This document shows positions 40,236 through 50,830 of a stretch of 64,000 nt of DNA, piece by piece. The notes below the pieces were generated by a model. It did not search any database. It was given only the letters and a program-made list of their open reading frames with translations, and was not told where the DNA came from. The DNA is taken from assembly GCA_963422645.2 (NCBI GenBank), contig CAXXVO010000014.1, positions 224,001 through 288,000 on the forward strand, written 5' to 3'. The first letter of the stretch is position 1; each line of letters opens with the position of its first letter. The position numbers and the translations under genes are program-made. Source of the DNA: Alphaproteobacteria bacterium (GTDB lineage Bacteria; Pseudomonadota; Alphaproteobacteria; UBA828).

Positions 40236-41249
40236 TCAGCCGTAGCGGATGCGCGGATCGAAGATGCCCTAGAGCACATCCGCGATCAGGTTGAAGAGCA
40301 CGATCAGCACCGCGAAGAGGAAGGAGAGCGTCTGCACCAGGGGAATGTCGGCGCCCTGGATGGCGGTGATGAGAAGCTCGCCGATGCCGTTCACCCGAAA
40401 GATTTTCTCCGTGATGATGGCGCCGCCGAAGACGGTGGGGATGCCGAGCGCGATCAGCGTCACCACCGGGATCAGGCTGTTGCGCAGCACGTGGATGAAG
40501 AGCACGACCCGCTCGCGCAGGCCCTTGGCGCGGGCGGTGCGCACGTAGTCCTGCGTCAGGTTGTCCAGCACGGCGGCCCGCATGAAGCGGCTGATCTGGG
40601 CCGCGTTGAAGAGCGCGAGCACCATCACCGGCATCGCCATCTGCTTGATCTGCACCCAGAAGCTTCCGAGGTCGGTGACCCGGTGCGTGGTGTCGTAGAT
40701 CGACGGCAGCCACTGCAGGGTGACGCTGAAGACGATGATCGCGAGCAGGCCGGTGAAGAAGGTCGGCACCGAGAAGCCGATCATGGAGACGAAGGTGCCC
40801 AGCTGGTCGAACCAGGAATACTGCCGGTAGGCCGAGACGATGCCGATCGGGATCGCGATGAGGATGCCGATCAGGTAGGAGAGGCCGACCACCCAGAGCG
40901 TCTGCGGCAGGCGCTCGACGATGAGGTCCACGACCGGGCTGCGCGTCGCCCAGGAGCGCACCCGCAGGCGCTCCTCGGAAGCGCCGATCTCCACACCGAA
41001 GGCGCGTTCGACGAGGTTGAGCGGCTCGTTGACGAAGAACTGCTCCATCCACTTGGCGTAGCGGATGTGGAAGGCCTCCCCGAGCCCGAGCGACTCGCGG
41101 ATCTGCTCGCGCGCTTCCGCCGGGATGGTGAGCGGCAGCTGGCCGGTAGGGTCGTTGGGCGCGAGGTCGAGGAGGGCGAAGAGGATGAAGCTGATCGCGA
41201 TCAGCGTCGGCACCGCGAAGAGCAGGCGGCGAATGATGTAGTGGGTCAT
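40236..41249 (-). CDS. Peptide ABC permease (OppB/DppB-like) with premature TAG at 40269-40271
   Basis: YIIRRLL, QDYVRTARAKGL, HVLRNSLIP. The C-terminus reads ADVL*GIFDPRIRYG*. Confidence 0.88.
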
Positions 41250-41291
41250 CGCCCGCACCGATAGAGAGGGCGGCGCTCGTACAAGAACACC

Positions 41292-41402
41292 CCCACCTCA
41301 CCCCGGCCCTCTCCGCCCCCAGGGGCGGAGAGGGAGAGCGGGCCGGTGCCGCCTACGTTCCCCCTCCGCCCTTCAGGGGGGAGGGGGGCAGGGGGAGGTG
41401 GG
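41292..41402. repeat. Inverted pair of REP-like hairpins
   Basis: CCCACCTCACCCCGGCCCTCTCCGCCCC..GGGGCGGAGAGGG followed by a degenerate inverted copy ending GGGGAGGTGGG. Confidence 0.8.
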
Positions 41403-41500
41403 TGTCGTCCGGCTCCCAATGTGCCCCTGTATGGCGCCCGTGTATTGGCCAGTCGCTCGGACAACAGCCCGCAGACCATGACCCCGCCGAGTAATCCGGG

Positions 41501-43213
41501 CTACCGATGCCAGTCCGCCGCGTTCCACAGCTCCGAATCCCACGGGTTCATGCGCACGCCCTTCAGTGTGTTCGCGTGCGCCGAGATCTTCGCCCGCCAG
41601 ATCAGCGGGATCACATACTGGTTCTGGACGATGATGTCGTTCATCCGCTTGCCGATGGCGGCGCGTTGCTCCAGTGAGGCGGTCACGGCCAACTTGTCCG
41701 CGAGGGCGTCGTATTCGGCATTGCAGGCGCGCGCGATGTTGCCGCCGAGCCACTGGTTGTCGGGCCCGGGGATCTCCGAGCACATCCAGTTGGCCATGTA
41801 GGCCTCGGGGTCCACGCCGTCGAAGTTGTTCGTGTACATCTGGATGTCGGCGTAGAACTTCATGTAGGTGTCGGAGCTGGAAGGGTCGCCGCCGAAGTAC
41901 ACCGCAGCGTCGATGTTGCGCAGCTCCGTCTCGACCCCGATCTGCCCCCACATCTGCTTGACCAGCGCTTGCGTGCCCTGGCGTACCGAGTTGGTGGAGG
42001 TCTGGTAGAGGATCGAGAGGCGCACGCCGTCCTTCTCGCGCACGCCGTCCTCGCCCGGCAGCCAGCCGGCCTCGTCGAGGATGCGCTTCGCCTCCTCGAT
42101 ATCCTGGGTCATGCAGGCGTCGTTGGCGGTGGATGAGTAGGCCGGCGGCGCCGGCAGCACGTTGCAGGTGACCTGGCCCGCCGCGCCGTAGCCGAAATCG
42201 ACCAGGATCTGCCGGTCGATAGCCAGCGAGAGCGCGCGGCGTACTGCCGGGTCGGAGAGGAAGGGGTGCGGATTGGCGCCGTCGAGGTGGAGCGAGCGTT
42301 CGTCCTTTCCGAGGTCGGGAGAGTTGTTGGTCTGGTTGACCACCAGGCGCTCCACCATGGTGCCGAAGCCGGCGACCACCCTTCCCATGCCCTTTGCCAC
42401 CATCTGCTCCAGCACCTCGGGCTCGATCTGCAGGTTCCAGGCGTAATCGAACTCGCCGGTGGCAAGCACGGCGCGGGCTGCCGAGGTGGCATCGCCGCCG
42501 CCCTTGAAGGCGACGCTGGCGAAGGCCGGCTTGTCCGGCTCGCGGTAGTTCTCGTTGGCCGAGAAGATGATCACGTCGTTGGCGCGGAACTCGTCCACCT
42601 TGAAGGGGCCGGTGCCGATGGGCCCGAAGTTCTGCTCCGTGCAGGTCTGCGCCATGGCGCCCGTGCAGCTCTCGAACTGCGCCTTCTGAATGATCGGCGC
42701 GTTGGAGCCCACGAAGGGCCCGTAGGGGAAGGGCTTGGCCACGCCGAAGTTGATGCGCACGGTGTGGTCGTCCAGCGCCTCCACCCCGGTGACATCGGTG
42801 AAGCTGGAGAGGGGGTTGCAGCCCATCTCCTCGTTCAGGCAGTACTCGGCGGAGAACACCACGTCGGCGGCGGTGAAGGGCGTGCCGTCGGACCATACGA
42901 TGTCCTGCCTGAGCGGCCATGTGATGGACATGAGGTCGGCCGCCACGCCGCCCTTCTCCACGGTGGGAATGTCGGCGGCGAGCGCGGGGATCATGGTCCC
43001 CGTCTCGTCGTAGCGGGCCAGCGGCTCCAGCACCAGGGACGCCGCTTCGATGTCCTTGGTGCCGCCGGAGAGGTAGGGATTGACGGTCGAGACCGCCTGC
43101 CAATAGAGGATCCTGAGTTGGCCGTCGCGGCCGCGCTCGGCCTGGGCCGAGGTCGAGAGCATTGCCGCCGCGAGCGCCGCGATGGCCAGACCGATTACGT
43201 ATTTTCCGAACAT
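41501..43213 (-). CDS. Peptide ABC substrate-binding protein (family 5)
   Basis: YWQA...NPYLSGGTKD, WSDGTPFTAADV, IGTGPF. Confidence 0.93.
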   Translation of the reverse strand: MFGKYVIGLAIAALAAAMLSTSAQAERGRDGQLRILYWQAVSTVNPYLSGGTKDIEAASLVLEPLARYDETGTMIPALAADIPTVEKGGVAADLMSITWPLRQDIVWSDGTPFTAADVVFSAEYCLNEEMGCNPLSSFTDVTGVEALDDHTVRINFGVAKPFPYGPFVGSNAPIIQKAQFESCTGAMAQTCTEQNFGPIGTGPFKVDEFRANDVIIFSANENYREPDKPAFASVAFKGGGDATSAARAVLATGEFDYAWNLQIEPEVLEQMVAKGMGRVVAGFGTMVERLVVNQTNNSPDLGKDERSLHLDGANPHPFLSDPAVRRALSLAIDRQILVDFGYGAAGQVTCNVLPAPPAYSSTANDACMTQDIEEAKRILDEAGWLPGEDGVREKDGVRLSILYQTSTNSVRQGTQALVKQMWGQIGVETELRNIDAAVYFGGDPSSSDTYMKFYADIQMYTNNFDGVDPEAYMANWMCSEIPGPDNQWLGGNIARACNAEYDALADKLAVTASLEQRAAIGKRMNDIIVQNQYVIPLIWRAKISAHANTLKGVRMNPWDSELWNAADWHR

Positions 43214-43278
43214 GTCGCGGTCCTCCTATCGGGAGGGATGGGGTGTGCGTCTGTCAGCACACCCCGCATCATCTGTCA

Positions 43279-44262
43279 TCATTCCGCCAGGTGACAAGCG
43301 ACCTGGTGGCCGGGGCGGAGCGTGCGCCACTCCGGCGCCCTCTCCGAGCACTCCGCCACCGCCACCGGGCAGCGGGTGCTGAAGCGGCAGCCCGGCGGCG
43401 GCGCGGCCGGGCTCGGCACGTCGCCCTCCAGGATGATGCGCTTGCGCGTGGCCTCGCGCTCGGGATCGTGCGTGGGCACGGCCGAGAGCAGGGCGCGCGT
43501 ATAGGGGTGCAGCGGCTCCTCGTAGAGCGCATCGCTGGTCGCGAGCTCGACGATCTTGCCGAGATACATCACCGCCACGCGGTCGGCGACGTGGCGCACC
43601 ATGCGCAGGTCGTGGGAGATGAAGAGGTAGGTGAGGCCGAGGCGCTCCTGCAGCTCCTTCAGGAGGTTCACCACCTGCGCCTGAATCGAGACGTCGAGCG
43701 CCGCGATCGGCTCGTCGCAGACGACGAACTCGGGGTTGAGCGCGAGCGCGCGCGCCACGCCGATGCGCTGGCGCTGCCCGCCGGAGAACTCGTGCGGGTA
43801 GCGGTTGGCGAAGGCGGGATCGAGGCCCACCGCGTCCAGCAGCGCCTCGACGCGCTCCCTCAAGCCGGCGCCTGCCGCCACCCCGTGCTCGCGCAGCGGC
43901 TCGCCGACGATGCTGCCCACGGTCATGCGCGGGTTCAGGCTGTCCTGCGGATCCTGGAAAATCATCTGCATGTGCGGGCGCAGCTTCCGCAGCGCCTCGC
44001 CCTGGAGAGCCGTGATGTCCTCGCCGCGAAACCTCACCCGCCCCGCCGTCGGCGTGTAGAGGCGGAGGATCATGCGGCCGACCGTCGACTTGCCGCAGCC
44101 GCTCTCGCCGACGAGGCCCAGCGTCTCGCGCGGTTGAATCGCGAAGTCGAGCCCGTCCACCGCCCGCACGCTGCCCACCTGGCGGCGCAGGACCCCGCGC
44201 AGGATCGGGAAGTGCTTGGTCAGGTTCTCGACCGCGACGAGAGGCGCTGGCTCAGGCGGCAC
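43279..44262 (-). CDS. Peptide ABC ATPase (OppF/DppF-like)
   Basis: [37 protein letters not shown] start inferred. Confidence 0.92.
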   Translation of the reverse strand: MPPEPAPLVAVENLTKHFPILRGVLRRQVGSVRAVDGLDFAIQPRETLGLVGESGCGKSTVGRMILRLYTPTAGRVRFRGEDITALQGEALRKLRPHMQMIFQDPQDSLNPRMTVGSIVGEPLREHGVAAGAGLRERVEALLDAVGLDPAFANRYPHEFSGGQRQRIGVARALALNPEFVVCDEPIAALDVSIQAQVVNLLKELQERLGLTYLFISHDLRMVRHVADRVAVMYLGKIVELATSDALYEEPLHPYTRALLSAVPTHDPEREATRKRIILEGDVPSPAAPPPGCRFSTRCPVAVAECSERAPEWRTLRPGHQVACHLAE

Positions 44263-45147
44263 GGGGCTCTCCCGCGTACGTGTCGTACCAGCAGGCGACC
44301 TCGTGGCCCTCCGCCACCGGGGCAAGCGCCGGGTTCTCCGCCCGGCAGCGGTCGAAGGCGTGGACGCAGCGGGGCGCGAAGGCGCAGGCATCGGGCGCGT
44401 GCAGCAGTATCGGCGGCTGGCCGGGAATGCTGGCGAGGCGTTCGCCGCTGCCGCCGCCTTCGAGCTTCGGCAACGCGCGCAACAGGCTCCGCGTATAGGG
44501 GTGCTGGGGCCTCGCGTAGAGGGAACGGACGTCCGCGCGTTCGACCGCCTGGCCGCCGTACATCACCATCACGCGGTCCGCGAGCCCGGCCACCACGCCG
44601 AGATCGTGGGTGATCCAGATGATCGCCATGCCGCGCTCGCGCCTGAGCCGCTGCAGCAGGTCCAGGATCTGGGCCTGTATGGTGGCGTCGAGCGCTGTCG
44701 TGGGCTCGTCGGCGATCAGCACCTTGGGATCGCAGGCGAGCGCCATCGCGATCATCACGCGCTGGCGCATCCCGCCCGAGAACTGGTGGGGAAAGTCGCC
44801 GAGGCGGCTATCGGCCGCAGGAATCCCCACCCCCTCCAGCAGCGCCGCCGCCCGCCGCCGCGCACGCGACGGAGACGCGCCGGGTCGAGCGCGAGCAGGT
44901 CCTCGCCGTCAAGCAACGCCTGGCCCGAAGCGATCTCGGCGGGTGGCATGGGCAGCAGCTTGAGCAGCGAGAGCATGGTGACGCTCTTGCCCGAGCCGCT
45001 CTCCCCCACGACACCCAGCAGCTCGCCCTCGTGCAGGTCGAAGCTGATGCCGTTGACCGCGTGCACCCTGCCGCCGCCCGGGGTGCGAAAGCGCGTGCGC
45101 ACGTCGCGGACGGAAAGCACGGGCGGCCGGGCGGTGGGGCGAGGCAC
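44252..45147 (-). pseudogene. Peptide ABC ATPase (OppD/DppD-like) with internal deletion and frameshift near 44852
   Basis: The Walker A part ends LRRVRGG, then jumps frame to [11 protein letters not shown]...FSGGMRQRV. The IFQDP Q-loop segment is absent. Confidence 0.88.
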
Positions 45148-45324
45148 CAGTCAGCCCCTAAGCGAGAGCCGGGGCGCCGCTCGTCTCTGGTCGGTCGTCA
45201 ATCAACCGTCGCGGCCCTCGACCCTGCCCTGTCCCGATGGTCCGCGATCCTAACCGCCACGTCGCCGCGCATGCTAGTCTCCCGCGCCGGAATCGGGCAC
45301 GGCGAGGGAGGAGGGCGGGAGGCG

Positions 45325-46524
45325 ATGACGGTGCAGGGCAGGGGGCGGCTGGCGTCCGCCGACATCGTGGTGGTCGGCGCGGGGATCATGGGGGCGAGCA
45401 TCGCCTTTCAGCTCACGCGGCAATCCGGCCGCAGGGTCGTGGTGGTGGACGAGCGGCCACCAGTCAGCGGCATGTCGGGCCGCACCTTCGGCCAGATCCG
45501 CCAGCATTACTCGAACGCGCTCATGGTCGAGATGGCGATCCGCGGCTTCGACGTGCTCAACAACTGGCAGAGGGAGGTCGGCGTCGGCGACCCCGGCTAC
45601 GTCAAGCTCGGCTACATGCTGCTGGTCGTCGAGGCGCAGGTGGCGGCCTGCCGGCGCAACGTCGAGCTCGGCCGCCAGCTTGGAGTCGACACGCGCTTCG
45701 CCAGCCCCGACGAGATCAAGGCGCTGGAGCCCGCGCTGGTCACCGACGATCTCGCAGGCGGCGCCTGGGAGCCCAACGGCGGCTATATCGACGTGACTCG
45801 CATGGTGCTGAGCTGGCTGGGCGCGGCCCAGGCGGCCGGCGCGACGCTCCATTCCGGGCTCCGGGTGGAGGGCATCGCCACGGATGGCGGCAAGGTCGTG
45901 GGCGTGGACACAGCGCAAGGCCGTATCGAGGCGCCCACCGTGATCGCCGCGACCGGTGCGTGGATCACCGATCTGACGGGGCCGCTCGGCATCCATGCGC
46001 CGATCGAGCGCCGCCGGCTCGACATGGCCTATCTGGAACAGCCGCCGGGCCGGCCCACGATCCGCACCTGCATCACCGATGGAAACTCCAACGTCGTGAT
46101 GCGTCCCGACATGGGGCCCTACCTGCTGGCCGTGGCCTATCCCGACGAGATGCCCGAGGTCGTCGATCCGGCCGCGCCCGCGCCGGCGGAAGACGAGGCC
46201 CGCCACCGCGCGCGTCTCGACAAGGCGCTGGCCGAGCGGCTGCCGGATTTCGTCGATGCCAGGGTCGCGCGCACGGTCTCCGGCGCCTACGACATCACGC
46301 CGGACTTCCACCCGATTCTGGGCTGGGCGCCTGGGGTAGACGGGCTCTATCTCGCCGCCGGCTTCTCCGGCCACGGGCTCAAGCTCTCGCCGGCGGTCGG
46401 CGAATGCGTCGCCGCCGCCGTGCTCGGCGCCCAATCGCCCTTCGACATCCACCCGCTCCGGCCCACGCGCTTCGCAGAGGGCGAGCCCATGTACCTCGCC
46501 TACGGGCCCTCCGCGCGCGCCTGA
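45325..46524 (+). CDS. FAD-dependent oxidoreductase (DAO/sarcosine oxidase beta-like)
   Basis: VVGAGIMG, YDITPDFHPILG, GFSGHGLK. Confidence 0.9.
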   Translation: MTVQGRGRLASADIVVVGAGIMGASIAFQLTRQSGRRVVVVDERPPVSGMSGRTFGQIRQHYSNALMVEMAIRGFDVLNNWQREVGVGDPGYVKLGYMLLVVEAQVAACRRNVELGRQLGVDTRFASPDEIKALEPALVTDDLAGGAWEPNGGYIDVTRMVLSWLGAAQAAGATLHSGLRVEGIATDGGKVVGVDTAQGRIEAPTVIAATGAWITDLTGPLGIHAPIERRRLDMAYLEQPPGRPTIRTCITDGNSNVVMRPDMGPYLLAVAYPDEMPEVVDPAAPAPAEDEARHRARLDKALAERLPDFVDARVARTVSGAYDITPDFHPILGWAPGVDGLYLAAGFSGHGLKLSPAVGECVAAAVLGAQSPFDIHPLRPTRFAEGEPMYLAYGPSARA

Positions 46525-46612
46525 CAACACCGGACGACCTATACCGCCCGAGTCAGGAGTGGCATAATCCCCGCGTCGCATCGTGTGCTCCCAACCGGAC
46601 GAGGACCCCGCC

Positions 46613-47479
46613 ATGTCGACCTTGACCGATGAGCAGCGCCGCCAGTGGGCGGTCGATGGCTACATCCACCTGGAGGGCGCGTTGGATCCGCAGGAGGTGT
46701 CCCTCTATTGCGAACTGATCGACTCCCTGCGCCATCGGGCGGGCTGGGAGAAGGTACCGGGTTTGCCCTTCGGCCATTACGGCTGGGTGGAGCACAACGC
46801 GACCGCGAACGACCTCGACTCCTTCATGGATCGCCGCGATCTCCTGGGCTACGCCCAGCCCTTCCGGGACCTTATCGACCGGCCCAACGTCTTCGATCCG
46901 GTTCTCGAGCTCATGGGCCCCAACATCGTGCTCAGCATGTCGCAGGCCATCGTTCGCGCGTCCACGACCGAGTTCCCCGGCTTCATCCACACGGACGGCG
47001 GGCAGGCGCTGCGGCAGATTCGCGTGACCGAGACCAGCAAGCCGCTGGCGATGAAGGCCATGTATCTGCTCACCGATGTCGAGGGCACGGACTGCGGCAA
47101 TTTTACGGTCTTCCCCCGCAGCCATCTTCGGCAGATCCCCTTCGACTCCGACGCGGCTCCCAACCCCCACACGCCGGGAGCCGTCCAATTGGGTGGAAAG
47201 GCGGGCGATTGCTATCTGTTCAGTCACGCGCTGTGGCACGGCCCGGCACCGAACCGCTCCGGCAGAGGCCGCAAGTCGCTGCTTTACAATTACGCGCAGA
47301 TGTTCGTGAAGCCCTACGACTTTCCCACCATGGCCGGCGTCATGGATGCCTGCACGCCGCGTCAGCGCAGGCTCCTCGGCGATCTCGGGCACGACCCCAG
47401 GCTGGGCGACTACTTCTACGTCCCCGAAGACCAGGAGGACGTCATGTTTCAGCGATCCGGGGCCCGGCGAGCGGCCTGA
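46613..47479 (+). CDS. Phytanoyl-CoA dioxygenase (PhyH) family Fe/2OG enzyme
   Basis: LTDEQ..QW..DGY, HTD, AGD..LF...LWHG...N.S...R. Confidence 0.88.
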   Translation: MSTLTDEQRRQWAVDGYIHLEGALDPQEVSLYCELIDSLRHRAGWEKVPGLPFGHYGWVEHNATANDLDSFMDRRDLLGYAQPFRDLIDRPNVFDPVLELMGPNIVLSMSQAIVRASTTEFPGFIHTDGGQALRQIRVTETSKPLAMKAMYLLTDVEGTDCGNFTVFPRSHLRQIPFDSDAAPNPHTPGAVQLGGKAGDCYLFSHALWHGPAPNRSGRGRKSLLYNYAQMFVKPYDFPTMAGVMDACTPRQRRLLGDLGHDPRLGDYFYVPEDQEDVMFQRSGARRAA

Positions 47480-47545
47480 CTGATCCTGAATCGGCTCTGG
47501 GCGGGCCGGCGTCCGGTTCCGCCGACCGAGCCTCACCTACTCTAT

Positions 47546-47640
47546 CGTCATGCCCGGACGTGTTCCGGGCATCTTGCTTGGCCAGGCCCTTCGGACGCTC
47601 GTCAGACACGTGGATGGCCGGGACAAGCCCGGCCATGACG
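47546..47640. repeat. 95-bp REP-like palindromic repeat, copy A
   Basis: CGTCATGCCCGG...GTGGATGGCCGGGACAAGCCCGGCCATGACG; homolog at 61277-61371. Confidence 0.85.
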
Positions 47641-47729
47641 TGATGGGGCACCGTGGCCATGACGTGATTGGGGGGCGCCGTGCCCATGGATAGAAATTTC
47701 CCGAACGGGAAAACTGGCCGAATCGCGTT

Positions 47730-48101
47730 CTAGGGGTCGCGGCTCAGGCCCCGCTCCTCCAGCGCATCGAGGTAGGTGCGCCAGACTTCGTCGCGGTGTT
47801 CCGCCAAGTGCCTCAGGTAGGACCAGGTGTAGATGCCGGTGGTGTGCAGGTCGTCGAAATGGAGGCGCACGGCGTAGTTGCCCACCGGCTCGATCAGGGT
47901 GATGCCGACGTGGCGGCGGCCGGGCACGATGGTCTTGCCCTCGCCGTGCCCCCTGACCTCGGCCGAGGGGCTCTCCACCCGCAGCAGCTCGGCCGGCAGG
48001 GTGCACCGGAGGTCGTCGTCGAAGTCGATCTCGAGCGTCTTCTCGGCGCTCCTGTAGCGGAGCTCGACCGGCCAGGGCTGATCCTCGAAGGGCGTGCTCA
48101 C
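47730..48101 (-). CDS. DUF971 (GBBH-like N-terminal) protein
   Basis: [39 protein letters not shown]. Confidence 0.92.
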   Translation of the reverse strand: MSTPFEDQPWPVELRYRSAEKTLEIDFDDDLRCTLPAELLRVESPSAEVRGHGEGKTIVPGRRHVGITLIEPVGNYAVRLHFDDLHTTGIYTWSYLRHLAEHRDEVWRTYLDALEERGLSRDP

Positions 48102-48298
48102 CGGGCCTCGCCCTCCTCCAGCGGCCGGGCCTCGTCCGGCAGCATGATCGGGATGCCGTCCCGAATCGGGAACGCGAGCTTCGCCTTGTCGCTGATCAGC
48201 TCCTGCCGCTCGGCGTCATAGCGCAGCGGCTCCTTGGTCAGCGGGCAGACCAGGATCTCCAGCAGCTTGGGGTCGACCGTGGCCCCTTCCTCTCCCAT
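48098..48298 (-). CDS. Trm112-family protein
   Basis: [30 protein letters not shown]. Confidence 0.93.
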   Translation of the reverse strand: MGEEGATVDPKLLEILVCPLTKEPLRYDAERQELISDKAKLAFPIRDGIPIMLPDEARPLEEGEAR

Positions 48299-48312
48299 CC
48301 GCGCGGTCTCCT

Positions 48313-48951
48313 TCACTGCAGCCGCGACTTCGGCCCGGACCTGCCGTGAGCCGCCATCTCGAACAGCGCCTGCATCATGGCCACCCGCTGGCTCTCGCTC
48401 GGACATTCGAGCAGTGCCTGCTTCTCGCTCGCTTCGAAGGGGCAGGCCATTGCAAGGCAGGTGACCAAGGGCTCGTCGTTGGCCCGGTCGATCGCGTCCC
48501 AATCCGCAGTGAGCCCGTGCCGGTCGAAGTAGGCCCTGAGTGCCGGGAGCAGGCTGCTGCGGTCGACGGTGATCGGCGCCGGTTCCGGCAGGTCGCCGGC
48601 GAAGCGGCTGTAGTCGGGACGGACGCGCCGATAGAGCAGGCCGTCCAGCTCCAGCTCGCGCACGATGGCGAAGCGGCAGACGCCGGTCAGCGTGATCAGG
48701 AAGCGGTTGTCCGGCGTCTCGGAGAACGAGGTGATGCGGCCGATGCAGCCCACCGGATAGACCTCCGGCGCATCGAGCTTCGCCTGCGGGTCGGCCGGCT
48801 GGATCATGCCGATCATCCGGTGCGAGGCCATCGCGTCCTGGGTCATCTGCAGGTAGCGGGGCTCGAAGATGTTGAGCGGCAGCCGCCCGCGCGGCAGCAG
48901 CAGGACCCCCGGAAGGGGGAAGATCGGGATGACACGCGGCAGATCGTCCAT
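48313..48951 (-). CDS. LON peptidase substrate-binding domain protein
   Basis: [29 protein letters not shown]. Confidence 0.93.
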   Translation of the reverse strand: MDDLPRVIPIFPLPGVLLLPRGRLPLNIFEPRYLQMTQDAMASHRMIGMIQPADPQAKLDAPEVYPVGCIGRITSFSETPDNRFLITLTGVCRFAIVRELELDGLLYRRVRPDYSRFAGDLPEPAPITVDRSSLLPALRAYFDRHGLTADWDAIDRANDEPLVTCLAMACPFEASEKQALLECPSESQRVAMMQALFEMAAHGRSGPKSRLQ

Positions 48952-48986
48952 GCCACCCGGTTCCGTGCCGGCGGTCACGGCATGCC

Positions 48987-49892
48987 TCAGGAGAACAGGA
49001 TCGACGAAAGCTTGCGCCGGCCTGCAACCGAGAGCGGGTCGGTATGGCCCAAGGCCTCGAACAACTTGAGCAGCTGCTGGCGCGCGGCCTGCTCGTTCCA
49101 CTCCCGATCCCGGCGGATGATCTCGATCAGCTCGTCGATGGCTTGCTCGTTGCGCCCAGCGCCGTGATTGGCCATGGCTAGGTCGAAGCGCGCCTGATGG
49201 TCGCCGGGGTCCTGGGCGAGCCGCGCCTGAAGTTCGGCGGTGTCGCCGTCGGCCTCGCCGGCCTGCTCGGCGAGCGTGAGAGCCGTTACCGCGCTCTCGA
49301 TGTTGGCGTTCTTCCGTGCGTCGTCGTCGAGCCCGTCCACCAGCTCGCGGGCCTCCTGGAGATCGCCGGCACCGACGAGGCAGCGCACCAGTCCCGCGAT
49401 CGCCGCCGTCTCGCCCGGCACCTGGCGCAGAATTTGGCCGTAGATGTTAGACGCGGTGGTGAAGTCGCCGGCATCCAGCGCGTCCTTGGCCTGCTCCAGC
49501 GCCTGCTCCAGCGGCGAGGGGCCCATGGGCCCGACCAGCCGCTCCACGAAGCGCTTGATCTGGCTTTCCGACTGGGCGCCCATGAAGCCGTCGACCGGCT
49601 GCCCCTTGTCGAAGGCGAACACGGCCGGGATCGACTGAATGCGAAGCTGCTGCGCGATCTCCGGATTCTCGTCGATGTTGATCTTGACCAGCGCCACCTT
49701 GCCGTCGGCGTCTCTGACCGTCTTCTCCAGAATCGGCGCGAGCTGCTTGCAGGGGCCGCACCAGGGCGCCCAGAAATCGACGATCACCGGCGTCTGTTGC
49801 GACGCCTCGATCACGTCGGCGGCGAAGCTCTGAGTGGTCGCGTCCTTCGGCCGCGTCGCGCCGCCGCCCGACTGGCCAATAAGGGTATCCAT
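48987..49892 (-). CDS. ybbN: Thioredoxin-TPR chaperedoxin (YbbN/CnoX-like)
   Basis: WAPWCGPCK followed by TPR helices and [11 protein letters not shown]. Confidence 0.9.
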   Translation of the reverse strand: MDTLIGQSGGGATRPKDATTQSFAADVIEASQQTPVIVDFWAPWCGPCKQLAPILEKTVRDADGKVALVKINIDENPEIAQQLRIQSIPAVFAFDKGQPVDGFMGAQSESQIKRFVERLVGPMGPSPLEQALEQAKDALDAGDFTTASNIYGQILRQVPGETAAIAGLVRCLVGAGDLQEARELVDGLDDDARKNANIESAVTALTLAEQAGEADGDTAELQARLAQDPGDHQARFDLAMANHGAGRNEQAIDELIEIIRRDREWNEQAARQQLLKLFEALGHTDPLSVAGRRKLSSILFS

Positions 49893-49987
49893 ACCCGCAT
49901 GCTCCCGGCTGGAGAGGATTCGGTTGAGAAAAATCTACATGGCAGCTTGCAACGGGCCATGCAAGCCCGCCTCAGTGCGGGCTCCAC

Positions 49988-50028
49988 AAAACGAAGGGCC
50001 GGACGGGGTTGTCCCGCCCGGCCCTCGT
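49988..50028 (-). terminator. Putative intrinsic terminator
   Basis: Hairpin AGGGCCGGACGGG-N5-CCCGCCCGGCCCT with a short T run on the minus strand, downstream of 50112-50609. Confidence 0.6.
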
Positions 50029-50111
50029 GACTGCCCCGCGATACCGCCGCGGGTTAGCGTGGAGTGGGACGCACCGCCGCCAACGAGGCGAAGGGCGCGC
50101 CCCTCTGCCCA

Positions 50112-50609
50112 CTACTTGATCATGGAGAAGATGATTGCCGGCACCAGCGGCTCGCCGGCCGGTTGAATCGCCTCGATGCAGATGTTCGCCTCAGGGTTGC
50201 TGGCCGACATCATGACTTCCAGCATGTCACCCGCCTCCATGGGAACGATGCCCTGGGAGATGATGACGTCCTTGGCCATGCTGCCTTCGTCCTGACAAAG
50301 CTGAACGTTGGAGTTGGCAACGTCCGCACCGTTGATGCGCAGCCACAGGTCGAAGCACCCGTAAGGCCCGCCGCCTTCGCGTCCCACCTGGGGCGCGGCG
50401 ACGATCAGGTAAGGCCCGGCTTTGCTGACGGTGATCTGATTGTTGGCCATGTCGACACCATTGGCTGCATCAATGATGTCCATGGCGACAACTTCGGGCG
50501 CCGTGCCCGGGCACTGGGTCACCGTCGACGATGCCTGAAGATACTGGGCGGCATTAGCCACACTGGCCGACGCGACAAGAACCACCAATGCTAAGAGAAG
50601 CTTCTTCAT
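50112..50609 (-). CDS. Secreted protein, possible C1q/TNF/BclA-like beta-sandwich
   Basis: Signal peptide MKKLLLALVVLVASASVANA; ITVSKAGPYLI, LWLRING, MEAGDMLEV. Confidence 0.6.
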   Translation of the reverse strand: MKKLLLALVVLVASASVANAAQYLQASSTVTQCPGTAPEVVAMDIIDAANGVDMANNQITVSKAGPYLIVAAPQVGREGGGPYGCFDLWLRINGADVANSNVQLCQDEGSMAKDVIISQGIVPMEAGDMLEVMMSASNPEANICIEAIQPAGEPLVPAIIFSMIK

Positions 50610-50830
50610 GGTCAGATCCTCCCTGTTGGACTTGACCGCCAACCAGAGTAGGGGGCTGGGCCGGGGTTGACAATTAAGCTTATCGACCCGTCACGTAAAC
50701 TTTGGCGCGGCTCATAGCCCTGGCACCTCATTACCTAACCTTCAGGACTGTTTTCGCGTCTCGATCGCGGGTCGCGGCACTCAATTCGGGAGGCGCGCGG
50801 CGTCTCGCCTTCGTATTCGGATCGGCTCGC

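Noticed and set aside
40269-40271. Pyrrolysine or stop-codon reassignment
   Set aside because: TAG terminates many intact genes here, no pyl genes are seen, and the position corresponds to a conserved Tyr.
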